From contig CM120640.1 in the NCBI GenBank assembly GCA_051362555.1, positions 69,232,788 to 69,296,787 on the forward strand: a DNA stretch of 64,000 bases. Reading direction: 5' to 3'. This DNA is from Lingula anatina (taxonomy: Eukaryota; Animalia; Brachiopoda). Of this stretch, positions 26,001 to 37,810 are shown piece by piece. Both the position numbers and the translations under genes were made by a program. The notes under the pieces are model-generated. The model worked only from the letters and a program-made list of their open reading frames with translations. It did not search any database and was not told the DNA's origin. The stretch's first letter is position 1. Each line of letters begins with the position of its first letter.

Positions 26001-28104
26001 CTGTAGGAAGCTGCTATCATCCTCGGGTCCTGCCTTGTTCAGCGCGCTCAGGTCCTCTGTCACCTTCAAACCCTGGAGGATGTCTATGGTGGCCTGGCGA
26101 TAGGCATCCTTGAAACGATTCTGGAAATATCTGAAAGGCACAAAATTCCTCATAAAATGTATAAATTCATTCAAATGGGGTTAAAAATAAGATCTGAACC
26201 ATCATATGATCTTAAATGGAGAAAAACTCAACTCTTCATAAAGCTAATGTCAAAATTGAAAGTTCAGAGCATATGATCAGGATGCCCAACTTGAACATTA
26301 TATTCAATAAAATCCCACAAATATGGTGAAATATGTACTTGCCTGTTAGCTGAATGCATACCATCTTTCATAACCCCTGTAAACTTCCTCTCTCCAGTCC
26401 GAGTGTAATCACCCTGGAATACAGAAAAAAAATTACAATAATTTTAAAGGATATTTGTCACAATTTGAAGTTGCCTGTATCTCTGTCAAATATATTAAAA
26501 AAATGATACATGTATAACTAACAAACATGTGTAATAAGTACTGTAGTTGATTGACATATTCACACAGATCCATAGCATACACAGGTCTCTGGCATTCATA
26601 TCACATAGTTATAAACCAGAGCATATCTCAGAGAGTACCTTGAGAGCCACAGTGCCAGCATACTGTCTGCTGATGGTGTCTCCATTGTTTGCCCACATCT
26701 GCTGAAATACCAGTCTACACTCTGTGGGCAGATCTTCCTCTGGCAGGAGGAGTCCAAGCTTACGACACTGGAACAACAGCACAGGTCAGAACAAGTCTCC
26801 AGGTAACAAACAAGTTGCACATATTTCAGTGTCAACATTGCACCAATGAAAATAGCTTTCTGGCAAACAGACAGCATATCTCAAGTATGGAATCTTCACT
26901 GAACTGCAAACTGACAATCACGCTATTGCCTAAAGAAATTTTTCAAATCTGTACATAAAAAAAATCCATACTCACAGGTCTTTCTCAGCTAAAATACCTA
27001 TTTATAACAGAATATAAATATCTCACCTGCGTCTCTAACACAATCCGTGCAATGGCCGTCTGCACCACATTAGTCCTGTCCAGACAGTCTACACAGTTGA
27101 CTCTGATCACCCCTCTCTGCTCACAGATCATACCATTAGGATCCACCCTGGAAGTAACACATACTGATCTATAAGGTGATGCTTCATTCAGAGGTGCCAA
27201 AATGGCAGTTATCAAAATGTGTAGATCTATTGTCTAATTAACAAACGAATAAAACCTGTTGACTGTGGGAGTCTGTCCTGAATAATGCATATGGAATTGG
27301 CAACTATGTTCAATTATACTTTCTGTGCTTGATTCTTTGTCAACTGATACCATCAATTCTGAGATGCCTGTGTCAGTGAGGGGAGTGTGCTCTCCCCTTT
27401 TTACGTTACATCTTGATGGCTTTTATCATATAACAGTGAAAAAAAGGCAGAAATTAGTTTAATTTTCAGACGCCTAAAAATCAATTTTGTTTTTTATTAG
27501 CTTACCAACAGTTAAATAACTGAAAAATCATAGAAACTAAAATTTTTAGGTGTTTGAAAATAACCTGCTGACTTACAGTATTAATTTATATTTATTGTTA
27601 GTGAACTTACCAGCAGTATCTTATGTCTTTGATAATGTCTTGGAGATTGTCTGTCAGGATAGATACATTCTCAAAACGCATACCTCGACTGTTATAATTG
27701 AAATTTAAAAAAAAAATCATTAAAATCACAAGTTTTCCCTTCATTCATAAGCAAATGTCATAAATCTTGTAGTTTTCACTTCTTACAAATTAAAAATCTA
27801 CAAATATATTTAATTCTTTTTAATAATTCTAACCTTTCTATAAAGCAAGGAGTTGTGTTAAAACTCCTTGCATGAAGTGAGTATAAATATTTGAAAGATA
27901 AAAAAACTCACCAATAGTCATGAAAAGCATAGGAGACATAGGTCACATCTTTAGAATTGTACAACAAGACATGGCGGAGGAAAGCATCTGCCAGGACCTT
28001 CTCTCTGCCTCCTTGGTCCACCAAGTTGACTGCGCACACCTTCTGGTAAATGTCCAACTGCTCCTTCATGTGAGTGGCAAAGGCTTTCTGGCTTTCTGAC
28101 TCAT
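21821..28104 (-). CDS. INPP5F: Phosphatidylinositide phosphatase SAC2 / INPP5F, 3' portion (12 coding exons; 5' exons outside the window)
   Basis: The spliced translation contains INPP5F-type blocks: NLVDQGGREKVLADAF, FHDYCRGMRFENV, RVNCVDCLDRTNVVQ (CX5RT), MWANNGDTISRQYAGTVALKGDYTRTGERK, RFKDAYRQATID, then hSac2 (GGWALID, YDDEAEKVTQFQKIPL, IEIGPEP). All junctions are phase-compatible; stop codon at 21821-21823. Confidence 0.96.
23602..23689 (-). CDS. INPP5F: INPP5F penultimate coding exon
   Basis: 88 nt, (E)SFRAIAQTFAAAIGLTGRQLIIMDKKLE(R); acceptor ttgcag, donor gtaacc; phases fit both neighbours. Confidence 0.87.
24033..24185 (-). CDS. INPP5F: INPP5F exon (hSac2)
   Basis: 153 nt, PEPAVLKSKFQCIRFNYRNQQQNYSYTFRSTNSRLFNNIVIAVTNQDEAK; acceptor cttcag, donor gtaagc. 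Confidence 0.9.
25136..25209 (-). CDS. INPP5F: INPP5F exon (hSac2)
   Basis: 74 nt, YDDEAEKVTQFQKIPLDSLLSIEI(G); acceptor tttcag, donor gtaatt. Confidence 0.92.
25345..25410 (-). CDS. INPP5F: INPP5F exon (hSac2)
   Basis: 66 nt, DSGQTDMDTILLLTQTHFYVA; acceptor tttcag, donor gtaagc. Confidence 0.9.
25578..25663 (-). CDS. INPP5F: INPP5F exon (start of hSac2 domain)
   Basis: 86 nt, VMIDQSKKLLLSDDQDCLGGWALIDMEN; acceptor ttccag, donor gttatg. Confidence 0.9.
25980..26130 (-). CDS. INPP5F: INPP5F exon
   Basis: 151 nt, YFQNRFKDAYRQATIDILQGLKVTEDLSALNKAGPEDDSSFLQEKEEYVK; acceptor tttcag, donor gtgaaa. Confidence 0.92.
26343..26413 (-). CDS. INPP5F: INPP5F exon followed by a GC donor
   Basis: 71 nt, GDYTRTGERKFTGVMKDGMHSAN(R); donor AG|GCAAGT. 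Confidence 0.92.
26639..26767 (-). CDS. INPP5F: INPP5F exon (SAC C-terminal part)
   Basis: 129 nt, CRKLGLLLPEEDLPTECRLVFQQMWANNGDTISRQYAGTVALK; acceptor ttccag, donor gtactc. Confidence 0.94.
27027..27147 (-). CDS. INPP5F: INPP5F catalytic exon (CX5R[T] motif)
   Basis: 121 nt, VDPNGMICEQRGVIRVNCVDCLDRTNVVQTAIARIVLETQ; acceptor ttccag, donor gtgaga. Confidence 0.95.
27611..27688 (-). CDS. INPP5F: INPP5F exon (SAC domain)
   Basis: 78 nt, (C)RGMRFENVSILTDNLQDIIKDIRYC(W); acceptor AG, donor gtaagt. Confidence 0.93.
27912..28104 (-). CDS. INPP5F: INPP5F exon (SAC domain; first exon after the giant intron)
   Basis: Acceptor ttcaattcag|AT GAG TCA; encodes ESESQKAFATHMKEQLDIYQKVCAVNLVDQGGREKVLADAFLRHVLLYNSKDVTYVSYAFHDY; donor TG|gtgagt. 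Confidence 0.93.
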
Positions 28105-31100
28105 CTGAATTGAACAAAATGATAAAAATAACTTTGAGTATTATAAAAGATAAAAGCTCACATTTATATTTGCAATAAGTTGGCTTAATCTGCCCATATC
28201 TGCAACACTGAAAAAAAAGGCAAGGGCTTTTAAATAGGTAGCTAGATAATTTCTAAGAATGTGTTACAATTGTTCCCAACCATTCAAAGGAACTACCAAC
28301 ATTGCAGTACTGTTGCTAGTACCTAAATCTGTGTCACATCTAACACAACAGAGGATACCCACTAGACTTTTGCCGCACAACTCGACAGAGCCACACAAAT
28401 TGAATAAAAAACAACAACCCCAATGAACACGGTGGTCATTTGTACAACAACATTCCAACCACCTTAATGGAGGTGACAGCACAAATATAATTAACACTCC
28501 CTTGGGATAGAGAAGAGTACAGATTCTTGAATTATCTGCACCTTTGATTGTTCAGAGTAAACATTGACCATGTTTGGGGCCCAGTCATTCCAACAGACAG
28601 CCAGGGACAGACAGTAGTTAATTCCTTCCATAATTGTATCAGTTTATTGATCTGCAATCCTCCTTTAGCATTTCCCACCGTGGGGGTGGTGGGAAACAAG
28701 ATTGAAATGCAAATGTCTTGACCTCACTCAGGGCACCTCCAGGAAGAATATCAACCACACACGAGGTGATCTAGGGGCTTTTCCTTTAAAATATAATGTC
28801 AGGTTTGTAGTCAGAGTGTTTTGTTTTAATTTCAATACTGGACTATTGAGTAGACTATTGAGTAGATTGTCAGTGTACTATTGATAATTTTTGTCTGGAC
28901 AGAAATTACATAATATGCCATTGGGCATAACATAAAGATGACTCAGGCCCCCTGCTCCCCTCCCCTCCCAGACAATATAACTGTTGAAATCAATAACATT
29001 AAAATCTTGGCAAATCATCCTGACAATAGCCATCAAATTTACGGGCTAGCAATTTAACCAGGGAGGAATTTTCATTGCACCAATTACACATCAAATTGTG
29101 TTGACCGGTGCAATTAAAGAATCAATTGTGAACTTGATTTTATTACAGGTGTCCAGCAGTTTCTGCTGAGGTCAGGGAGGTCAGACAGGCTGCCACAGAT
29201 GTGGTCTTCAATGTTCTTTATGCAGGGTGATAAACCTTTTGAATGATGCAAGAAGGTGTGAGAATGTTTGCACTATAAGGTGATTGTTATCTTTTTTTTT
29301 TTTCAATATAAGGTGATTTTCCTTTTTTATCTTTTCATTTTTTCATCTATATCTTTATTTGTTTGTTTTTTTATTTGGAACACATACATATGTTAATGAA
29401 TTGTAAGCAATTCTTTAATAAATGGTCAATATAATGAAGTCCATTTGAAAACTGCAAATGAATAAGATATCAAACATAGGATAATGGAGGATGGTAAGTG
29501 CATATACCTGAATACGCAAGATGGGGGTGAGGGTGGGGGTGGGGTGCAATACCACTTTAAAACCATGTGGGTAAAAAGTATCCTATAAAGACCACCAATA
29601 TGGAAAAATAACTACAATTTCTATACCATTACATACAAATCCAGAGAAATGAAGATTGGTCTTAACACAGTATCCAATACAGAATGCCCAACATGGCAGT
29701 TCGTTAAAGCAAAATTGAGCAATTACTTGGACAGAAACCTCGCTGAAAATTTCATTGTCGCGTCTAATGAAATTGAAACAAGATATCCTCGGTACCCTAT
29801 AATAAACTGAATCTCATCAATACCTCAGCTTGAGTAACATGGCGGCCTCAGAGGATTTTTCAGATTTTTTTTTATTCCCGATCATATTTTCTACTCTACT
29901 GCCCTTGACATCTCCATCAACCAATTCCCATCACGTCCCATTTCATCTGGCTTTAATTGTCCTTCTCTCTTTCAACAGCACTGGGCTGAGAGAGGTTGGG
30001 TTTGGAAAGAGAAACCTGTTGATAATACAAGGGGGGATTGCCCTCTGGTCTTGATATTTGACCAGGTAACCTTTAGACACCTCAATATACCCTGAGCACT
30101 GGAGTGTGGAAGATGGCTGCTCGCCTGTAAATATCATTTGTATCAGTTACAGGCTTTCTTAACAAACCAAGAAGTTGATTGAGAATTTTTTTTTCACATT
30201 TTCATGGATGCTAGTTTTTTATTTGATTTTGAATTCAATTTCTGCATGTGTTGTATCCAATATTGTACCAAGTTGACATGTTTTACATGAAGCTGATCAC
30301 TTGTTTAAATTACACAATCTTATATACCAGATAAATACTTGATTCTTATAACATAACATGACATTATGTTGATAAACCATAAAAGGTGGAAAGCCAGTTC
30401 CCTTTATGTACTGGTAAAAATGTAACACATATATGAAAAAATGTATATTCCTGGGCATTTAACTTATCTGAGGAAATTACCATCTATTTACAGGGTCAAA
30501 GAGATAATAAATAGGATTAATAAGCAGGGCAACAATTAATTGTATATATAGCTGACCCAGGAATGTTTCAATACTGTACATCATACTATTTATAAAGAGA
30601 AACAGATCATTAAAACTTAAAATCAAAGAAAAAAATGCAGTACAACCAAACTGCAAACATAAGAAGCCAGACCTCAAGGCTTTTCTTTTAAAAGTAATCA
30701 TCCTGCACAGTGTATTATTGCAAAAAAAGTTACACAAATGAAACAAAAACTGAGGGCGTATGATACACTTGGGTTTCTTGCATTTGTTACTCAAAAGATA
30801 AGTTCTATAAATCAGTCTTGACATCAAACAGTATTGGAAATTGGAAAATTCTGTAGGAAATGAAGTGAGATCATACATAGCAATGGTCCAATTGTGGGAC
30901 TCCCATATCATGTACATGTACACAGTTTTCATGATCCGTGGCAGTCCCAGTTCTACACAGGGTGGAGCTCTGGATCCAAATGGTCACTTAATGCCTATAT
31001 GTAGGCCTGGGTAAAGACTGAGACTGAGGCAGCGTGTTACGTTAGGTCTCTGCCAATACAAAACTTTCTCCATATTATTTCTGAAGGGAGGAGCTGAAGT

Positions 31101-33214
31101 CCAAGAAATCATAAATCACTTCAACCCTTGCTTTCCAATTTGGAGAAAAGCTTAGAACTTGCCAAACAACTAACTATCAGTATTACAACATTAATGGCAT
31201 CAGACAAACTTTGCTACAGAAACTTGTAGAGCACGTTTTTCATCAAAGTACATGGAAATCTGCAATAAAAAACAACAATCATCAATTAATTCAGCATGAA
31301 GTATACAAGAACTCTCCCCAGGGTTTAGGGGAAGGCGTAATTTTTCATGGAAAATTGCAGAAAAACGCATGCAGAAACCTAAGCAAAGATATTCTTAACT
31401 CGACTTGATAGACTTAAATGCAGCAAGGAAATCTTCCCCAGCTGTGTGCATTGTGACTGAATAATTCAGCCTGCAGTAGCTGATGGGTTTCTCTCCTGGG
31501 CACTCACTGCCACTTGGCAGGAACACTTTCAAGAAAGCAGGATTTACAGAGTATACATGCAGAGATGAACAATTTACCATGATTTGAAAGTGACTTAGAT
31601 TCATATAATCAATATGATACACTCTTGCTATCTTTAATTAGACAGAAACTATGAAAATATGAATGAGTTTGTCTTGGTGGATGACCCAGCAACCTAGTAC
31701 CCCTATCACAAAATTGACACTTCCCTTCTCTTGACATATATATAGATATAAATACTAGCAAATTCATCAACGCACGGTCATCATTTTATCCCTCTTCAAT
31801 CAAGCAGACACTTCTTTTCATACGTTCAGCCGCACGTCTTTAAGCCACCAGTGAGAAGCTGCTGCAGACAGAACTGAAACCATCTTTAATTTAACAGATG
31901 ACAACAAAACTGGTTCAGCTGGCAGAATTGAAAACGGCCTGTTTCCCGTCCAGGCAGCATCACCTGTACCACGCCAGCTAGGGTAGGTTGACACTACTCA
32001 TGTACTATGTGGTTAACACATTAATACTCTAATAACCACCTTGACAATCTTGATAATCTTTGTATATAGTGATTATATCTATTTTTTTATGTACATTTAT
32101 GTATTTATTTGAAGAAATTGTATAATACACATCAAATGTGGGTAGGGCTTACTGAAGTATCATTGGCACATTCTTGAAGACTGAACTTCATGTTCACCAC
32201 AAATAATCATAAACAGTCCATTTAAAGGCAAATCAATAAATGTTAGTGTAAAATTGTGATTTAACACCCCGTTATGCTTTTGTTATATGCTCTTCATATG
32301 AGAGCATCAAGGATAGAGGCTTGTTCTACTGCCAAAGATACCAGCAACAGTTTTTATATCTGGATTATTGGATGGGGCTTAATCACCATAAAAAAGAATT
32401 ATAAAAAAACAGGGTATACTTTTGCTGCAAACAAACATTTCATACTTTTTTTAAAAGTGATGATATTTGCACTTCTGCTAAAACATCACATTTTTACTTT
32501 TAATGAAAATACAAGAAACACATGTTTGTATTTATTTGGCTGAAAATAAAGAAAAAAGTCAGAGAATAGAGGCATATTATAGTTTAAATATGACCCATTG
32601 CCTGGAATAAATCTCCCCTAAACAGAAAAAGCAAAGGAAATATAATACCCTTTCCTTTTTACATTTTTCTTCTTTAAAGCATACCTTAGGATTAATAAAG
32701 AGTGTCTTTCTAGGAAATTTTTTGCTGCCATCAACATAACCTTCACAGCAGGTGTGGCTTCAGTTTTCTCATCCATACAGCCGTGGCATTATTAGACTTC
32801 CAAGTAATTTCTTTTCCCATCAGAGAAGACTGATGAAGTTTCTTAATTAATAAACATCAGGAGCGGTAGTAGTACACTGCCATGGTTGTGACATAGGCGT
32901 GCCCGTAAAATAAACAAATGTCAGCTTCCCACGCCATCTTTCACAGATATACAGGGCACCCTTATTTTTTATCACCCTTACTCAGAATTTATTATAAACA
33001 GAAACTAGCTATAGGGAAGTTAAGCAAATTTTCTTTTTAATATTTTGGCTCATCTCTCATTTTTGAGATTAACTTTTGGCACTGGCACCCAAAGGCTATT
33101 CATGCTGCAATAAGCTATATTAACTCATATGAGCCTTCTGCTATTCTGCTGAAATGAAGTATTTTTTATCCTCAGTTATGATAAAAAGTCTAGAAATTCA
33201 ATGCTGCATCAACA

Positions 33215-33372
33215 AAATTTATGAAAGTTAGGTTTTAAGTAAGTACTAAATTCATGAAAGAAGTTAAATTTCTGGTAAAAGCTAAATGCTTGAAAGAAAG
33301 TTAAGTTTCTAGTACACGTTAATGCTTAATTCATGAAAGAAGTACTTTCTAGTAATTACTAAATTAATATGA
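33215..33372. repeat. Degenerate ~35-bp tandem repeat
   Basis: Recurrent AATTCATGAAAGAAGTTAA.TTTCTAGTA...CTAA units, 4-5 diverged copies. Confidence 0.55.
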
Positions 33373-35392
33373 CAGGAATCCATAATCATTGTTTTTCTAA
33401 GCAATTTGTAAATGTTCATGTAAATCAATATAAGAATCTAATAATTTTGAACGAAGAGAAAACACATGAAAAATCTCTAATTCTGCTCTCTGTGTGTGCC
33501 AGTTGGCCTGATTTCCCCTCTAGGTAGGCCCCAGCACACCAAGACCTCACATTTTGATTTAATTCACCTTCATTAACCCCGTGTCTGTCTTAATCAGGCA
33601 ACAACAGCAGGAAAATAGATGTGAATCAAGCGCTTATATGTCAGCAGGCGCTGGCCACACAGACACCGGTTCCCCTGGTTCACTAAAATGGTGTAAAGCA
33701 ATTGATCCATGCCAGTCTCAATTCTTCACCAAGTCAGACCACAGAAAGGTTAAAGTTTTCTTATTATTTTCATTCTGCAGTAACTGTAATTTGAGATTGA
33801 CTGTATTATTATGATTTGAAATGAAAGTTTTGTGATAGGTCATAGTTCTTTAAGATCCTTCCATTTACTATGAATTACTATGCATAATTTTTCATTTTAT
33901 TTGCTTCTTTTTTCAATGAGGGCTAAATTTCAATCTCAATACTGTGTATTAAAATGAATATAGTATATGTATATGAATCTTTTTATGGGACAATCTGTTC
34001 TAAATAAGTTTGTCATTTCTTGCCATTTTTTCTTTGAGATAGCAATAATGAAGTGAATTGATCGAAATAGTGTATTGTCAATCTTCTTGAGTGTAACTTT
34101 CATCGTCATCATCATCATCTGTCGCAGAGGCTCCCCTGACACCAAGATCAGACATCTGTCCTCAGGTCGTTGTCTCTGAGAGCACTCCCAATCAATGGCC
34201 AAGATACGTAGGCAGGCACTAATTCTACACTCATTCTAAAATATCTTCCCATGACAGCCCCGAACTGCCATATGATAATTGCTCACACCTAAAGCTAGCC
34301 AAAACTGTAGTTTTTGTGGTCAATTTCAGTTGTTGTCCAATAATTCTGACTTCGTCTTTTCTCAATAGTGCCCTGTGTAGTCCCCCTAGCGACATTTTGA
34401 AACGATTCCTGCAGTCCCCTCAGCGACACTCCAAAATGATTCCTAGGCCTCTCAATACAGAGCAACTGCTGACAAATTATAGGCAAATTACATCAGAGCA
34501 TTCAATACATATTTTGACAGAGATATCAAATTCAATTGAAAAACCCTGAAATCGCATGCAGATGCCTTTGACATTTGAAAACACAGCTGAAATTTCATAG
34601 TCAGTATCAGAGGAATCAGAAGATTACATTATGGTAATGTTAGACGATAATGAAAAGAAGGTACTATGGGGAAATCACTGATCTTTCTTCCATCAGAGTT
34701 CATATAGAGTTTGAAGAGAGAGACAGAAACTAAAATTTAAAATGGAGATTCCTTTAGATGCTGATAAATATCTACAATTTCCTTTTTCTAATTATCACTA
34801 CAGATGTGCTGCCTTCTCTATGCAGTTATCATACCAGGACATGTCAGTACACAACATTATCTTATAAACTTGCCTGTCAAGATATCACCTGCTCATAAAA
34901 AACTCATTCTTCTATAATGTCTTGAATATTAAATTGGAATGACTCTTTCTGTAACATTAAACCAATGTCTTTGGTTTTATCAGTTTAATTATGAGAACTT
35001 TCTGAGTTTATCTATTCAATGCACATGTGAACCTGAGTTAACTACAACATAGCAAAATACACCTGGTGATAGCAATCTTATAAAGAATCAGCTTTCTGAA
35101 AAATTAATAAATATCTTTACAAGAAATATGTAAACTTTGAGCACTTTCTATTTATAGTGTATTTAATTGCATTATTTGAGTTTCAAAATAAAAAAAAATG
35201 TTAGACACACAAAAAATGGTCAAATTTCCAAGAAATAAAGCAGCCCAGTTTTTAGTTAGTTTATCATCCATATGGTCATTCTCATCTTTATTATCTGCCC
35301 AACTTCTTCAACTGGAATAAAGTCCACTTAAAGTTGCAAAAATGGTAATCAAGAACAATTATCTAGCACTTTATTAAAATAGAATAATATCA

Positions 35393-35843
35393 AATCCTAC
35401 CATACCCTGCTCTTTATTCCAGCTGATCCTACCATACCCTGCTCTTTATGCCAGCTAATCCTACTGTACCTTGCGTTTTATGCCATCTAATTCTACTGTA
35501 CGTTGTTTTTTATGCCATCTAATTCTACTGTACCATGCTCTTTATGCCATCTAATCCTACCATTCCCTGTTTTTTGTCATCTAATCTTATTGTATTCTGC
35601 TATTATGCCATCTAATCCTACTGTACCCTGCTCTTTATGCGATCTAATCCTACTGTACCTTGCTTTTTATGCCATCTAATCCTACTGTACCTTGCTTTTT
35701 ATGCCATCTAATCCTACCATTCCCTGTTTTTTTTGTCATCTAATCCTACCATATTCTGCTTTTAGGACATTTAATCCTACTGTATCTTGCTTTTTATGCC
35801 ATCTTATCCTACTGTACCCTGCTCTTTATGTCATCTAATCCTG
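35393..35843. repeat. 32-bp minisatellite, about 14 copies
   Basis: Consensus AATCCTACTGTACCCTGCTCTTTATGCCATCT, tandem and moderately diverged. Confidence 0.93.
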
Positions 35844-37599
35844 CTAATTGAATAAAGGCATCTATTATTGGATATCCTAGGGCAGCACCTTTCTATAAGA
35901 CTGACCCACATTTTGGCTGCTACTGATTCATCTCTCCAACTTACAAGAAATCCTGATCTACATGCATCTCAAACAAGGGTTTACCACCACTTTCATTAAT
36001 ACCCTTTTTATAATAGCAAGAGGCATATGTCATAAGTGCCTGGTCACATAGTTATAAACTCATTTCAATAATAACATTAGCCTTCAACCTACATCCTTTT
36101 TTAGAGACTGACGGTTCTTATGTACCAATGAAAGCATGACCACCTCTGCTTCAGCAGTGACATCTATCTACTAGTAACCATAGGATTACACCTCTAAAAT
36201 TCATGTGAGGAATTTCATAAAAAATCTTATAATTTGGTCTTGAAAATATTTTCTTCTTTTTTTGTCTCACTGGATAAGGTAAAGTAAGATAGCTGACCCA
36301 ATCCACTATGGGAGCTTCTTCAATACTCAAAAAATTGCTTAAAAATCAACTTAATGGATCAACTTCTCATAAAGCTTTTCTCTTAAGACCCACACCAACT
36401 ACGTATGATTCAATATTTTGAGAAAATAAAGAAAATTCTCCTCTAATGTGCTTCTGGGTTTAATATCCCATGCAACAGTTAAAAAAACCTGATTGTCCAA
36501 CAGTTGCACATGTAAGATTTCACATTCAAAGACTCACATTTTGGATAGTGGCTAGCAAACAAAATATCACGCTTTCGAACCATTGAAATAATGGACAATC
36601 AGAATAATGGCCTGTTGAAACTGCAGCATGCTCCATGCTCCAGCCATGTACCAGTTCAAAGTAGCAGGGAAGAAAATAAGTGGTCCATTTAATCTACAAA
36701 CAATCAATGCTTTGAATGAAACAAATGTTTCTCCTTAACAATCTAGTTCCAGGAACAGTGAATGGCCAGACTGCAATTGATGGTCATCATCACTGAATGC
36801 AAAAGTACCAAGAACAGATGTCTGATCAGTTTCTCCAACCTGATATAAATTAAGGGAACTAGTAGAGTCTATGCTAGATTGTTGCACTATAATAGTCGAT
36901 CACCAAAAGCAATTGTCTGCCAAGGACCCTGGGTGCCTAGTACGGGAGAAATGATAACCATTCTCTCATCTATCACTTATGGAATTCAGTCACAGTTTTG
37001 TTCCTCAATTATTTCTTTCATAAAAATCCCTGAACCACTTCATCAAGAGATAATGGGTTCTGAGAATGATCTGGGTAAGATTAATCATTATTGATACACA
37101 ATTAACTTTTTCCTTGACTACATGAAGACCAGTCTGCTTGGTACTGTACATAGGTCAGCATGGCATTATTTATATCTCACAAATTACACATCTCTACCAG
37201 GCCTTCTGGAACAGGGACTCAATGGCCGACCTTAATCCAGAGGCCAATCTTCTCCACTAGTCATATATGATAGTCATACAAATAAAACCAACATTCTGAT
37301 CACTCCCCCCCCCAACAAAAAAGACCCAAAGCTTTATAAATCATATAGTTTAAATACCTATGTATAAATGTTTTATGCATTTAAAAATGCATTTTACATT
37401 TAAAAAATGATGCATATTGTTTTTTTTTCCAATGGTCATAAACTATGAGATATATTCAGCTGGGTATGTAACACATATAAGGGAACAAGACTGGTGTCAA
37501 AAGGTGATTAAAATTATCATAAAATGTTTAAAAAAAGATCATTGTTCATGAGTTGTGAAAATAAACAAACAATTCTGAAGCCAGATAGGACCACAACAC

Positions 37600-37810
37600 A
37601 ACACCACTAGAGATGGGTCCACTAGCTGCTTGTTTCAATTGAAGGTCATCAAAGGGCCTTGAACATGACCTTGACCCATAAGTCAAGGTCAAGGTTTGGC
37701 CTATGGAAGATGTAGAAGACTAATACATTCACACTTTGTGCATGCATATATCACCAATAGAGCTATTTTTCATATTAAAGGTCAAATGATGAGGATCATG
37801 TCAATATATT
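37600..37810. mobile_element. Possible remnant of a TGACCTTGA-motif interspersed repeat
   Basis: Clustered AAGGTCA, TGACCTTGACC and GTCAAGGTCAAGGT motifs in inverted arrangement; boundaries unclear. Confidence 0.4.

Noticed and set aside
28671-28696. Inverted TTTCCCACC/GGTGGGAAA as a Su(H) paired site
   Set aside because: Orientation and spacing do not match the canonical head-to-head paired site
29830-30054. Plus-strand micro-ORF MAASEDFSDFFLFP... with good Kozak context
   Set aside because: No recognisable homology or gene structure; better explained as a YY1-like motif in a regulatory patch
30477-30932. 151-aa ORF, and the 136-aa ORF at 41057-41467
   Set aside because: AT-rich, F/L/I-biased, no domain motifs or splice support
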